The position numbers and the translations under genes were made by a program. The notes under the pieces were generated by a model. The model ran no database searches and had not been told where the DNA came from. It was given only the letters and a program-made list of their open reading frames with translations. DNA of 64,000 bases from Octopus bimaculoides (Eukaryota), in NCBI RefSeq assembly GCF_001194135.2, contig NC_068989.1, positions 10,688,358-10,752,357 of the forward strand, written 5' to 3'. Positions 54,005 to 63,821 of this stretch are shown here, one piece after another. Numbering within the stretch: position 1 is the stretch's first letter; the number at the start of each line of letters is the position of its first letter.

Positions 54005-57000
54005 AAAGTCTGTCAATGCTAATAAACCAAATATTGCCGTAAAAAGACCAAAACAATAAAGTCTGTTTATTGATTGGCGTGGGCATACCGTGTGATCATA
54101 ATATGCGGGCAAAAGAATTTGATAAGCTCAGAAAATATAAAGATTTGTTGATTGCAATCGAAAACATGTGGCATCTCAAGACGATTACAATACCAGTGAT
54201 TGCAGGAGCACTTGGAATGATCAAAAATGCAGCTGAAAATTATTTGAGAATGATCCCTGACTTATCATCCAAGCAGGTCTTTCTCTGTTCTTTTTTCCAT
54301 TGTATGATTTGTTTGCCTCCCTGGCATGGCTAAAATCATCAGGAAAGTATTAGATAGTTGAAAAGAGCAGACATCATAAGACTGTAACAGGCCTGCCATG
54401 TATGCAAGACCTCAGGAATTCCAACCAAGCCTGAATTAAAAAGAATAACAATTAATAACAATAAGTTACTTACTCAAAGAACTCTGTTGTCGAAGACACC
54501 GAGGTGTTGGGGTTATAGGTAACATTCTCTGGTGGGGCGGTATCATTGAACCAGTCCAGTTGCCAGCAATCTTTTGTATTCCATTCATTATTGCATGTCA
54601 TCCATGGTAACGACGCAGAGAATGAATTAAACAAGTAGAAAAAACTCCACCCAATAACAATATTGTAATAAAACGCTACTATATACGACATGAAACATGA
54701 AGCATAACCAACACCTGGAAAAAGAAAAACAGGAAACACAAAAAAGCGTGCGTGGCGAGAAAAAATAAACGATATTTTTTGTTGTAATAAATGTAACATT
54801 ATTTTTGTTGTAAAGAATTCTTAATAATAACGATTTGTTTGTAAAGTCAAATAAATTTTAATATAAAAACCTTTTGTAAAAGAAAATTTGGAACAGTGAA
54901 TGGTAAATCTAGTCTGATGAAAGAAAAGCTGGCCTGTGTCGGAAAGAACCTACAAAATCAAACAAAATGATATTCTTTTCTACTCTAGGCACAAGGCCCG
55001 AAATTTTGAGGGAGGGGCCAGTCGATTACATGGACCCAAGTGCGCATCTAGTACTTAATTTATCGACCCCGAAAGGCATTGTCGACCTCGGTGAAATTCG
55101 AACTCAGAACGTAAAGACAGACGAAATACCGCTAAGCATTTCGTATGGTATGCTAACGTTTCTTATTTCTTTATTGCCCACAAGGGGCTAAACATAGAGG
55201 GGACAAACAAAGGTATTAAGTCGATTACATCGACCCCAGTGCATAAGTGGTACTTAATTTATCGACTCCTAAAAGATGAAAGGCAAAGTCGATCTCGGCG
55301 GAATTTGAACTCAGAACGTAACGGCAAACGAAATACCGTTAAGCATTCCGCCCGGCCTGCTAACGTTTCTGCCAGCTCGCCGCCTCCGAGCAAAATGATA
55401 TTAATGTCTGTAGTCCAAGCTATTAATTGGCAGAATCGGACGGAAATACCTTTCATTATTTGTTCCACCTAAGGCAGCGAGCTGGCAGAACTGTTAGCAT
55501 GCTTAGTGGTATTTCGTCTGTGTGACACCGGCTGAAATGCTTAGCGGTGTTGTGTCTGTGTGAGTTGGGATCATTATTGCGGAAGTGCGTTAATTAGTAA
55601 GCGTAATTTCTGTTAATTGTTTCTGTTTTGTCACCAGTTAAAATTTACCTGTTGCTGTGACTGTTTTAATTTGTTTAACAGTTTTCATTTGAAAACTATT
55701 GTGTGTTTCCCCTGTGGGGGGAAACATAAATTGTTGGCAAGATGCCAAGAAGTTTATCTTCATATGAGAATGGTTCAACCGATGTAAAGGCGAGAAGGAT
55801 TGAAAAACTGTTGTTCGATGATTCGTCTGATAATGATTTTCCACCACTACCGAAGGATACCGATACAGAAAGTGAATTTGCACCACTATCGGAGGTTACC
55901 GATACAGAAAGCGAATTTCCACCACTACCGAAAGCTTTCGGACAAATGTGAAAATTACGAACTATATGAAATGGACAGTAAGACGTTTAAAATTTTATCT
56001 ATTGACTATAGGAAGTCAGTTTCGGGAATGAGAAAGGATTTTATCCCATCTATTTTTCAAGACCTGCCACCTCCAACCCTATGTCAAGAAAAGGTGGAGG
56101 GCCCCCCCTCCACAAGACACCCCAGAATAGTAGGTAAGTGATGTCTATTCACATTGATCGTATAAATGTTCGTGGCCTGATGTCTAGTTGGAAGCAAGGA
56201 CGTTTCCTAAATGATATCACGTCAAGAAAATTGGATGTGATTGTTGCAACGGAAACCCGAGTAAAGGGGCCAAGAGATCTGTCCCCCCACCCCTGAACGG
56301 CTATGAGAAATACGTTTCTCCGAGTCGGGTGGGAGGTGGGGTGGGGTGTTGGTCTTACTAAAAAGAAACCGGGTAACCGAGAAAAAAGTAGTTTTTTTTT
56401 CTGATCCAGAAGGCAGGCTGGTTGTTCTCGACCTGATATTCAGTTGTGGCAAGATAATCAGGCTAGTTGCTATTTATGCACCCAACATTATGGGCTCGCA
56501 AAGTGAATATTTTCGTGACCTGGGCAAGTTTCTGGCCACGTCGCATTCGTTAGTATTGTTAGGAGACTTTAACACAATATGTGGGGCACACAAAGATTGT
56601 GTTGGCTCGAACACGAACAGAAAATGTAACCCAGGTTTACGGGATCTGCTATGTCGCTTTCAGCTAGCAGATCCATATAGGTTGGAACACCCGAACACTC
56701 CACAGTGGACATGGTCAAATAGTGACGGGTCTTCCAGAACATATCTAGATAGGATTTTAATTAGAGAAACAGATAAGTCTATAGCTAAGTGTCCACAGTT
56801 TTTTCTAGTCAGCTACAGTGACCACAAGATGGTTACCTGTAAACTGACAATAGATAAGTTACATAGTTAGGGAACTGGCTACTGGAAACTCAATACGTCC
56901 CTTTTGACGATTGAGGAATACAGAAAGCGGATCAAGATGTTAGTACAGAGGGCATTGACAGGTCCATCATTAATAACAAATGGTGGTACGCCCTAAAAAG

Positions 57001-59561
57001 AGCCATCAAATATGAATCTATTATTATAGGAGATGGTTTAGTTAAGGAACTAGAAGAAACCCGGAGGACTGATAATGCGGACCAAGTGAAGGTGAAAAGA
57101 CTGGAGTTAAACCAGCATCTTGAAACCCAACACATGGGAAGTATTGCCAGAGTTAAGTTACGTGCGATGGGAAGTGAAGGAATCAAGGCCGCTGGATGGG
57201 CCCGAGTGGTGGAAGCTCGGCAAGGAAATAGTTCCACTATACGGTCTTTGACGAATCATAATGGCGTCTTGGTAAACGAACCCGAGAAAATGTGTGAGGC
57301 CTTTCGGAAGTACTTCGCCCTGCTGTTTGGGGGTGACAGCGGTCCTGATGGCGGGAGAGCCCTCGAGGACTTTCTTGCGAAGGATTTGAATGCCGGATAC
57401 TCAGAAACGTAAGTGGCACGTCAAGGAAACTAACTGGTATATGTAGGCAATTCACAGAATTGTTCAAGAGTTAAGTGTATTTAATAATCTCCCGATTCGC
57501 AATTTTTTGCTGAATAACCTTCACGGATTTATATACAGTACATTAGCTCATTCCCTCCAAATCGACATTGCCTGTATAGGTGCACGGTGTGCCACACGTT
57601 AAATGTTAAAGTAATCGTAGAGTAACGTGAAATGAATGATTTTGCTCAAGAATACAACGAACCGCCTGGTTAAGTTAGCTAACCATAAATGCCTTTCATC
57701 CTTTCGGGGTCGATGAAATAAGTACCAGTTACGCGCTGGGGTCGATGTGATTGACTAGTTCCCTTCCCCATTTGCTGACAGTACCTCTCTACCGTAATGG
57801 TTTCACCTGGATCTAAAAAACTGTGATGGATGAGACCGGCCGCAGACCACCAAACAGTCACCATGACCTTCTTTTGGTGCAACTTTGGCTTCGGGAAGTG
57901 CCGTGGAGATTCGTCGGCGTCCATCCACAGAGCTGAGCGACGCCAGTTGTCGCAAAGAATCCACTTTTCATCGCAAGTCACAATCCGCTCGAGAACGGGT
58001 CGTTCTTGTTGCATAAAAGAAAGGAAGACGACACTTCAAAACGGCGTTTTTTTTTTATTGTCGTTCAATTCGTGCGGCATCCATTTCTCAAGTATTTTTG
58101 TTTTTCCAATCTCTTTCAAGTGATTGAAAATTGTCTTATACGTTACGTCTAATTCAGAAGCAAGTTCTCGAACAGTTGTGCGTGGATTGGCTTCCACTAA
58201 GGCTCTTAGTTGATCGTTGTCAACATCCGATGGCCGACCACTACGCTTACATCTTCAAGACTCTCGTCACCGCTACGAAATTTCTTGAACCACCATTGTG
58301 CTGTACGTTCATTAGTGGTTCCTGGGCCAAATGTATCGTTGATATCGCGAACTTTTTCAGCAGCTTTTCGGCCTAGCTCGAACTGGAACAAGAAAATTGT
58401 GCAAATTTGCTTTTTGTCCATGTAGTATTCAACGTTTCGGAAAAAATGGCCTAATAATTCAAGAAGAAAAAGAGTAACACGATTAGATATCTCGAAAGAC
58501 GGGCTTTAAAATGATATATAAAGTCAAAATAATTTAACGAAAATTAATTTGAAAATACATCATTTAAAGCCAAAATTAAAAATTCCGCAAGAACTTTCTT
58601 GACAACCTATTATTAGCCATTGATCTAATGCCTTTTCTTCACCGCACAATTAATTAATTCTAATTATATTTCTACTTATTAAGAAGTCATAGTGATAACA
58701 TACTTCTGGTGTCTATATTAAAAAGCATTAGACGTTTTGAGGATTTTGTATGTCTGTAGATGATAATAATGATGATGATAATAATAATAAAAATAAAAAT
58801 ATATACATATATATATATATATATNNNNNNNNNNNNNNNNNNNNNNNNNNNNNNNNNNNNNNNNNNNNNNNNNNNNNNNNNNNNNNNNNNNNNNNNNNNN
58901 NNNNNNNNNNNNNNNNNNNNNNNNNNNNNNNNNNNNNNNNNNNNNNNNNNNNNNNNNNNNNNNNNNNNNNNNNNNNNNNNNNNNNNNNNNNNNNNNNNNN
59001 NNNNNNNNNNNNNNNNNNNNNNNNNNNNNNNNNNNNNNNNNNNNNNNNNNNNNNNNNNNNNNNNNNNNNNNNNNNNNNNNNNNNNNNNNNNNNNNNNNNN
59101 NNNNNNNNNNNNNNNNNNNNNNNNNNNNNNNNNNNNNNNNNNNNNNNNNNNNNNNNNNNNNNNNNNNNNNNNNNNNNNNNNNNNNNNNNNNNNNNNNNNN
59201 NNNNNNNNNNNNNNNNNNNNNNNNNNNNNNNNNNNNNNNNNNNNNNNNNNNNNNNNNNNNNNNNNNNNNNNNNNNNNNNNNNNNNNNNNNNNNNNNNNNN
59301 NNNNNNNNNNNNNNNNNNNNNNNNNNNNNNNNNNNNNNNNNNNNNNNNNNNNNNNNNNNNNNNNNNNNNNNNNNNNNNNNNNNNNNNNNNNNNNACAGAA
59401 AAATAATAACGCCACACAGTGGACTTCTCAAAATAACCACATTTAGTACCTAATGCGAGGAAAAACAACCAACAGAAGACGACCAACTTTCTTTTAAATA
59501 AACTTAACTTTTTTGAGAAGTCCACTGTGTGGTGTTATTATTTTTCTGTAATAATGCCCTT

Positions 59562-59594
<33 letters not shown>

Positions 59595-60584
59595 GATATT
59601 TTGAATTTAGTTCACGGACCCCCAGTACTACCTTTGCGGACCCTAGGTTGGGAACCCCTGCTTTGTCTTTTTTTTTTAAAGTACGTTTGAACTATTTTAC
59701 GCTTTCTCATCAAATCAAGAAAATCCATCTAATCACTGAGCAAAGCCAAACATATGTTTACACGTACGTGAGTACGTATATGAAATGAAATCCCCACTTA
59801 ACACTTACCAGCCTCCCCTCTCCAAGCCACCTGTGTTATCCAAGGGTAAGGCAAAGGGGCCGATACAACTTGGCACCAGTGACGTCACAACTCATTTCTA
59901 CTGTTGAGTGAACTGGAGCAAAGTGGAATAAAGTGTCTTGCTCAAGAACACAACACATGGCCCGGTCTGGGAATCGAACTCACTACCTCATTATTGTGAG
60001 TCCGATGCTCCAGCCACCGAGCCATGCGCCTGAATTTTCAGGTGGTGCTCATTATCTTAAGAGAACATAAACAATACCTGTGTATTTCGCTCGGTTCGTC
60101 ACGTGATTTCGATTTATTCATTCCCGCTCCTGCTGTTCTCTTTCTGCCAGGGCATTGTACGCATTCATTTTCTCATGGCGACATATTTCACACGGCCCTC
60201 TCTGGTCTGTTGCTATTTATTTTCTTGTTCCTGGTTACCTTCACAACTTCGTCCTGTGTTTCCTTCATCTTGGCCTTACGAGCTAATTTTTAGTTTACTT
60301 TTGTAAGTTGTTATCGTTCTGTGTTGACACCAAAATTCGGGAGCATTGAAGCGAATGCGCATTTCCGCTATATTCCATTACTTGTTTCAGTCATTTGAAT
60401 GTGGCCATGCTGGGGTACCGTCTTAAATGGTTTTACTAGAACAAATCAGCCCCAAAACTCATTTCTTTTAAGCCTAATACGTATTACTTAGGACGGACTT
60501 TTTTTTATCGAACTGCTAAGTTACAGGGGCATAAAAACATTAACACCGATTGTCAAGCGGTGTAGAAGAACAAACAAAGAGACA

Positions 60585-60640
<56 letters not shown>

Positions 60641-62064
60641 NNNNNNNNNNNNNNNNNNNNNNNNNNNNNNNNNNNNNNNNNNNNNNNNNNNNNNNNNNNN
60701 NNNNNNNNNNNNNNNNNNNNNNNNNNNNNNNNNNNNNNNNNNNNNNNNNNNNNNNNNNNNNNNNNNNNNNNNNNNNNNNNNNNNNNNNNNNNNNNNNNNN
60801 NNNNNNNNNNNNNNNNNNNNNNNNNNNNNNNNNNNNNNNNNNNNNNNNNNNNNNNNNNNNNNNNNNNNNNNNNNNNNNNNNNNNNNNNNNNNNNNNNNNN
60901 NNNNNNNNNNNNNNNNNNNNNNNNNNNNNNNNNNNNNNNNNNNNNNNNNNNNNNNNNNNNNNNNNNNNNNNNNNNNNNNNNNNNNNNNNNNNNNNNNNNN
61001 NNNNNNNNNNNNNNNNNNNNNNNNNNNNNNNNNNNNNNNNNNNNNNNNNNNNNNNNNNNNNNNNNNNNNNNNNNNNNNNNNNNNNNNNNNNNNNNNTATA
61101 TATATATATATTTAGTTGTTGTTGTTGGCACTCTGTCGCTTACGACGTCTGCGGCTTCCATACTCGCCGCGGTGATCTCCTATCCGCCTCGCCGGCGATT
61201 GCACAACCTATCATACTTCCCAGATCCAGAGACAACCCAGGGTAATATGGATCACAGACTCAGGAATGTAGGAGCACCATGATCTCAAGTGCAAGCAAAA
61301 GAAGCTCAGAATGTTCAATGCCATTTCCTGCATATCTGGTTTTATATCGGAGTAACCTTCTCTTAAAGACATGCTCTAATAAAAGCTAAGGAGTATCTCA
61401 CTCCCAGTGGTCTATCTCTTCGAAAGATATTAGTTTACTCAAAGCAGCCATCCTCAAGACGGCTTCAGAACTTTGTGCATGCGTTCCTTACTATGTCCCC
61501 GGGAAGATATTTTAACACCTCCTTGATCATGGCCACCACCTCGGCCTTGGTGTTGCAGACAAAGTAATTGGTATGTTTTTCAGCCACGCCTCACACATAG
61601 TATGATCCATGGGATTACAATCGGGGGAGTTAGGAGGCCAGAAATTAGGGCTGGTGAAGTCCTAGAAATTCTCCACATACACTTCTGACTTTTTCCGATG
61701 GAATCAACGAAGGCTTAAATAAATAAATTTTTAAAAACCGCGATAGGTGAACCGCGATATAGGGAGGGATTAGTGTATTATATATCATATATATATATAT
61801 ATATATATATATTCTTACATTAAAAATATCACATGTATTATTTATATATAACAGTCTGTTTATATTCTCTCGTGTGTGTAAAGTTAATGAACTAACACCT
61901 CAGCGGAATCTGAAAGAAGCTGTGATACGTACCTTTAAATAAAGGCACCATTCTCCATACTGTGATTGGTCCCTGCCTGTGAAATTGCCCGAGGACCAGT
62001 TCCATGAAGAATAAAGGTAAGGCCAATAGTAGAAGTACAGAGAAGTATGGTATGAGAAAGGCAC
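25230..62064 (-). CDS. SLC6 Na+/Cl- dependent monoamine transporter (DAT/NET/OAT-like), partial gene span: 12 exons seen, exon-11 equivalent not found, N-terminus beyond window
   Basis: Exons 61933-62064, 54474-54714, 50356-50494, 48263-48397, 47874-47977, 44855-44979, 44119-44231, 40995-41132, 37829-37929, 29833-30012, 27000-27074, 25230-25253, each with canonical AG/GT ends (the last ends at the stop); phases are consistent except across the missing exon; SLC6 motifs throughout. Confidence 0.93.
27000..27074 (-). CDS. SLC6 transporter, exon 14 equivalent
   Basis: ttttag|...GAG|gtatat; [25 protein letters not shown] (compare DAT [24 protein letters not shown]). Confidence 0.85.
28455..28612 (-). 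mobile_element. SINE family B, internally deleted copy
   Basis: Tail and head modules of family B with the central part missing. Confidence 0.65.
29833..30012 (-). CDS. SLC6 transporter, exon 13 equivalent (TM11-TM12)
   Basis: ttaacag|...GAG|gtgagt; [15 protein letters not shown]...[21 protein letters not shown]...GTFKE. Confidence 0.9.
30296..30678 (-). mobile_element. SINE family C, full length, (AAC)n tail
   Basis: tRNA head ggaggcgcaatggcccagtggttagggcagcggactc...gtttcgattccc; tail acgtcgtaagcgacggagtgccaacaac; near-identical copy at 46492-46860. Confidence 0.85.
31725..31940 (+). mobile_element. SINE family B, full length
   Basis: aaggcggcgagctggcagaatcattagc (A-box-like) ...gagttcaaattcc (B-box-like) ...cctagagtagataagaat. 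Confidence 0.85.
32150..32450 (+). mobile_element. RTE-clade LINE fragment (RT N-terminal), degraded
   Basis: [23 protein letters not shown]...CQVAWASG...IPGFK..DK.ECSN..GISLLS, matching RTE KAAGEDEIRPEML...NYRGISLLS. Confidence 0.7.
32480..33598 (+). mobile_element. R4/Dong-like LINE 3' portion; uninterrupted 340-aa ORF with CCHC knuckle and REL endonuclease
   Basis: ORF 32505-33527: LHP...[35 protein letters not shown]...[16 protein letters not shown]; followed by (TAA)n. Confidence 0.9.
34212..34413 (-). mobile_element. SINE family B inside a (TAA)n array
   Basis: (aat)n(aag)n on the left, (aac)n(aat)n on the right. Confidence 0.85.
34520..34740 (+). mobile_element. R4/Dong-like LINE, short 3' end
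   Basis: [33 protein letters not shown] plus the same 3' UTR as the 23490 and 39228 copies. Confidence 0.85.
35695..35945 (-). mobile_element. SINE family E (tRNA head + CORE-like + V-domain-like segment)
   Basis: ggaggcgcgtggcttagtggttagg head; gtgttcttgagcaaaacacct; ctgcgatggactggcgtcccgtccag resembles the V-SINE domain. Confidence 0.6.
37005..37552 (-). mobile_element. Head-to-tail trimer of SINE family B
   Basis: Two identical junctions gctaacgattc|ttttctact at ~37200 and ~37378. Confidence 0.85.
37829..37929 (-). CDS. SLC6 transporter, exon 12 equivalent
   Basis: ttccag|...ATG|gtattg; 101 nt; [34 protein letters not shown]. Confidence 0.92.
39228..39612 (-). mobile_element. R4/Dong-like LINE 3' fragment flanked by (TAA)n
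   Basis: [34 protein letters not shown]...[11 protein letters not shown]; (tta)n on both sides. Confidence 0.85.
40551..40768 (-). mobile_element. SINE family B, full length
   Basis: Complete match to the family B consensus. Confidence 0.85.
40995..41132 (-). CDS. SLC6 transporter, exon 10 equivalent (TM8-TM9)
   Basis: ttttccag|...ACA|gtaagt; [46 protein letters not shown]. Confidence 0.92.
41874..42211 (+). mobile_element. SINE family D (tRNA head + CORE-like domain)
   Basis: aggcgcatggctcagcggttagagc...gagttcgcttccc; gtgttcttgagcaagacacttt; related copy at 59808-60030 (-). Confidence 0.75.
43233..43590. repeat. ~89-bp inverted repeat (43233-43321 / 43502-43590) with ~180-bp spacer
   Basis: The left arm reverse complement cataaaggatagttgcagaatgagtcgaaacgatcgtcttacaaaataaagagttataccaa... 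matches the right arm with scattered mismatches. Confidence 0.8.
43653..43687 (+). ncRNA. Minimal type-I hammerhead-like motif (Penelope-associated)
   Basis: ATTT-CTGACGA-A-GATC tgc GATC-GAAAC-GTT-AAAT: stem I ATTT/AAAT, stem II, palindromic stem III (AACGTT). Confidence 0.55.
44119..44231 (-). CDS. SLC6 transporter, exon 9 equivalent
   Basis: ttttaag|...GCG|gtaagt; 113 nt; [38 protein letters not shown]. Confidence 0.95.
44855..44979 (-). CDS. SLC6 transporter, exon 8 equivalent (TM7)
   Basis: tttgcag|...GAAG|gtgagt; 125 nt; [42 protein letters not shown]. Confidence 0.95.
45916..45990. repeat. 15-bp minisatellite (gaacgacacgtccgt), ~5 copies
   Basis: Direct reading. Confidence 0.85.
46492..46860 (-). 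mobile_element. SINE family C, full length
   Basis: Near-identical to 30296-30678, with a small internal deletion. Confidence 0.85.
47874..47977 (-). CDS. SLC6 transporter, exon 7 equivalent (TM6)
   Basis: cttttcag|...ACAG|gtaata; 104 nt; [34 protein letters not shown]. Confidence 0.95.
48263..48397 (-). CDS. SLC6 transporter, exon 6 equivalent (TM5)
   Basis: ttcacag|...CAG|gtgtgt; 135 nt; [45 protein letters not shown]. Confidence 0.93.
50356..50494 (-). CDS. SLC6 transporter, exon 5 equivalent (TM4)
   Basis: cgacag|...AAG|gtaagt; 139 nt; [27 protein letters not shown]...[11 protein letters not shown]. Confidence 0.93.
52436..53185 (+). mobile_element. R4/Dong-like LINE 3' fragment, degraded, (TAA)n downstream
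   Basis: [18 protein letters not shown]...RRHD...EHRRLDIV...ITDVAVP...KIDKYEDL...[10 protein letters not shown], with stops. Confidence 0.85.
53503..53857. mobile_element. Tail-to-tail inverted pair of SINE family B (53503-53640 +, 53641-53857 -)
   Basis: The plus copy ends tagtagaaaggat and is immediately followed by the reverse-complement tail catttccactctaggcacaagg. Confidence 0.8.
54030..54440 (+). mobile_element. R4/Dong-like LINE 3' fragment, third subfamily
   Basis: [49 protein letters not shown]. Confidence 0.7.
54474..54714 (-). CDS. SLC6 transporter, exon 4 equivalent (TM3 + EL2)
   Basis: ttccag|...TGA|gtaagt; 241 nt; [23 protein letters not shown]...[15 protein letters not shown]...TTEFF; EL2 Cys pair and N-glycosylation sequons. 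Confidence 0.95.
54970..55387 (-). mobile_element. Two tandem SINE family B copies (different tail variants)
   Basis: 54970-55150 and 55151-55387, same orientation. Confidence 0.8.
55555..57412 (+). mobile_element. L1/Tx1-clade LINE: 5' UTR, short ORF1, APE endonuclease; RT absent
   Basis: ORF1 ~55742-56141 (one frameshift); the ORF1 stop overlaps the ORF2 start (TGATG, 56139-56143); ORF2 has INVRGL...ATET...GRLVVLD...AIYAPN...LLGDFN...WTW...YLDRIL...YSDH...[10 protein letters not shown]. Confidence 0.85.
57772..58612 (-). mobile_element. Mariner (DD34D) relic, 5' two-thirds with left TIR
   Basis: MDKKQI..IFLFQF.LGRKAAE...[21 protein letters not shown]; RIVTCDEKW...[41 protein letters not shown]; truncated at a SINE B. 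Confidence 0.88.
59396..59548. mobile_element. MITE, ~153 bp, ~37-bp TIRs, probable TA target
   Basis: cagaaaataataacgccacacagtggacttctcaaaa ... ttttgagaagtccactgtgtggtgttattatttttctg|TA; the left flank runs into Ns. Confidence 0.7.
59808..60030 (-). mobile_element. SINE family D copy
   Basis: Reverse complement of the 41874 family. Confidence 0.7.
61121..61450 (-). mobile_element. RTE-like LINE 3' end sharing its tail with SINE family C
   Basis: Degraded RYAG...ELLL...DLG...[14 protein letters not shown] followed by gcgacagagtgcc(aac)n. Confidence 0.55.
61455..61715 (-). mobile_element. maT/DD37D-like transposase C-terminal fragment
   Basis: [25 protein letters not shown]...[13 protein letters not shown]...[12 protein letters not shown]. 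Confidence 0.7.
61933..62064 (-). CDS. SLC6 transporter, exon 3 equivalent (TM2)
   Basis: cttcacag|...AAAG|gtacgt; 132 nt; [45 protein letters not shown]. Confidence 0.95.
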
Positions 62065-62172
62065 CTGTGAAGATTAAGATTGAGAATTGCATGTAAGAGC
62101 ATAGATACAACAACAGTAGTTTATTACAAATTTATTCGGTCTGAAGTAAAAAAGAAAAAGCAACATTTCCGT

Positions 62173-62233
<61 letters not shown>

Positions 62234-62249
62234 CATAATAATAATAAAA

Positions 62250-62710
62250 GATGGGCTACAGCAAATATTCTGCTCAATACCATAGATTTGCTTGTCAGTT
62301 GCTTGACCTTAACCAGTTGAGCATGTCCCTTGGTGGCTGACGATATGTGCATCTCTGATCACGAGCAGAAGTAGTGGGGAAGCATCATAGCCATGTGTTG
62401 AGAGGAATTCTTTGGGGTTTGAATAATTCACCTTTGGAAACATGGGTGCTTTGTTCAACATCCTTAAACAAACTTTATTCAGGGATCTTTTGAGCGGGAT
62501 GGGCTACTCGACCTGAAGAAAATTCTAACTGGACCCCACCTGCAAGGTCATGTGCTGTTTATCTTGATATGAGATCACCATGTCGCGCACATATGGTTGT
62601 GATGCATGTGCCTGGTGTACTCTTATCAGACGGGTAGTCATGATGGGTGTATTGGGCTTCGTATATTTTATCCCAGTGTCACTTTGATGGCATGCACTGC
62701 TCTCTCACTC
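62250..62710. repeat. Unclassified ~460-bp non-coding segment embedded in (TAA)n
   Basis: Complex sequence with sharp borders and (aat)n arrays on both sides; no coding similarity recognised. Single copy here, so its repeat status is an inference. Confidence 0.35.
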
Positions 62711-62751
<41 letters not shown>

Positions 62752-63821
62752 TAAACAGAAATTAACTACCCATCATAATCTTTGCCCCCATCGGATAGTC
62801 TAATCATTCGCTACCCAGGTCAACACACATCACATCAAAAGGCCTTCCCATAAGTCTTATTGTACTTCAAGTCAGAAAACGGAAGGAACTGCAACAGTTT
62901 TTCCATTGACGTTTCTTGAAAAACTTGCTTCAGCTCTGATCGCTCTGAGACATCTAAGAATTTTTTCTTCATACCCCTCACACAACCAAAGACCACAAGA
63001 AACACTCAAATTTTTAAGTGGTTGGCATGCAGTGGTTGACCAGCAGTTGCTGTAACAACTTATAATAATAATTACCTACTGCAATGCCGAGAAGATGATT
63101 GCCGACAACGTAGATGTGGCTTTCGTAAATTACGAAACCTGATGGAATATATTATATAACGTACAGTAATAAACATATTATGATAATTATGTCGGTGTAA
63201 ACGAAAAATACCAGCCGAAAATGTATTAGAAACAGAAAAACTTATTACATCGAGTGAAAAAAAAAAGCTTGTGGATGAAATACATTCAGTTGCCCTTTCT
63301 TATGATGATAATGATGGAGGACCATTACGATGAGGCTGGTAGTGTTGAATGTGCCGATGGTCCAGGTGAAGTGCAAAGTGTAGTTCCTGTTGTGTTAGAT
63401 CGATTGTCAAAATTTTCGCATGGATAACCTAATAATATCGCCTCAGTGAGAATCAAAGTTTATTTTCAGAAATGTTAAGTCAACACAAGTCACAGGTCTT
63501 TAAAACACAGTCTCGTTGGATGTAATTTCATTCGTCTGTTTGCCATGTATTCATAAACTTTTTCTGCGTAGTCAGTTCACATCATTTGAATTTTAAATCA
63601 AGCGGTGTTCTTTCATTTATATCTGACACAGAGTTCACGTGAAGAAAAACGTGCACAGAAAGTTTCTAATTCGTCAACTATTTCCCAACACGAATGTTGT
63701 TTATAACCGCTACGATTACTGCGCATTGTAACTAATATGCATATTCATATATCTGCATGTGTATGTATGTATGTATATGCATTTATCTAGCTATCGTTAT
63801 ATCCTCATATATACATATACG

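Noticed and set aside
29833-57770. Apparent excess of SINE B copies in sense orientation within the transporter gene
   Set aside because: Small sample inflated by tandem arrays; not distinguishable from chance without genome-wide counts.
59610-59662. hAT-like terminus, and a Tigger-like terminus at 61745-61777
   Set aside because: Single short ends without a matching partner TIR in view.
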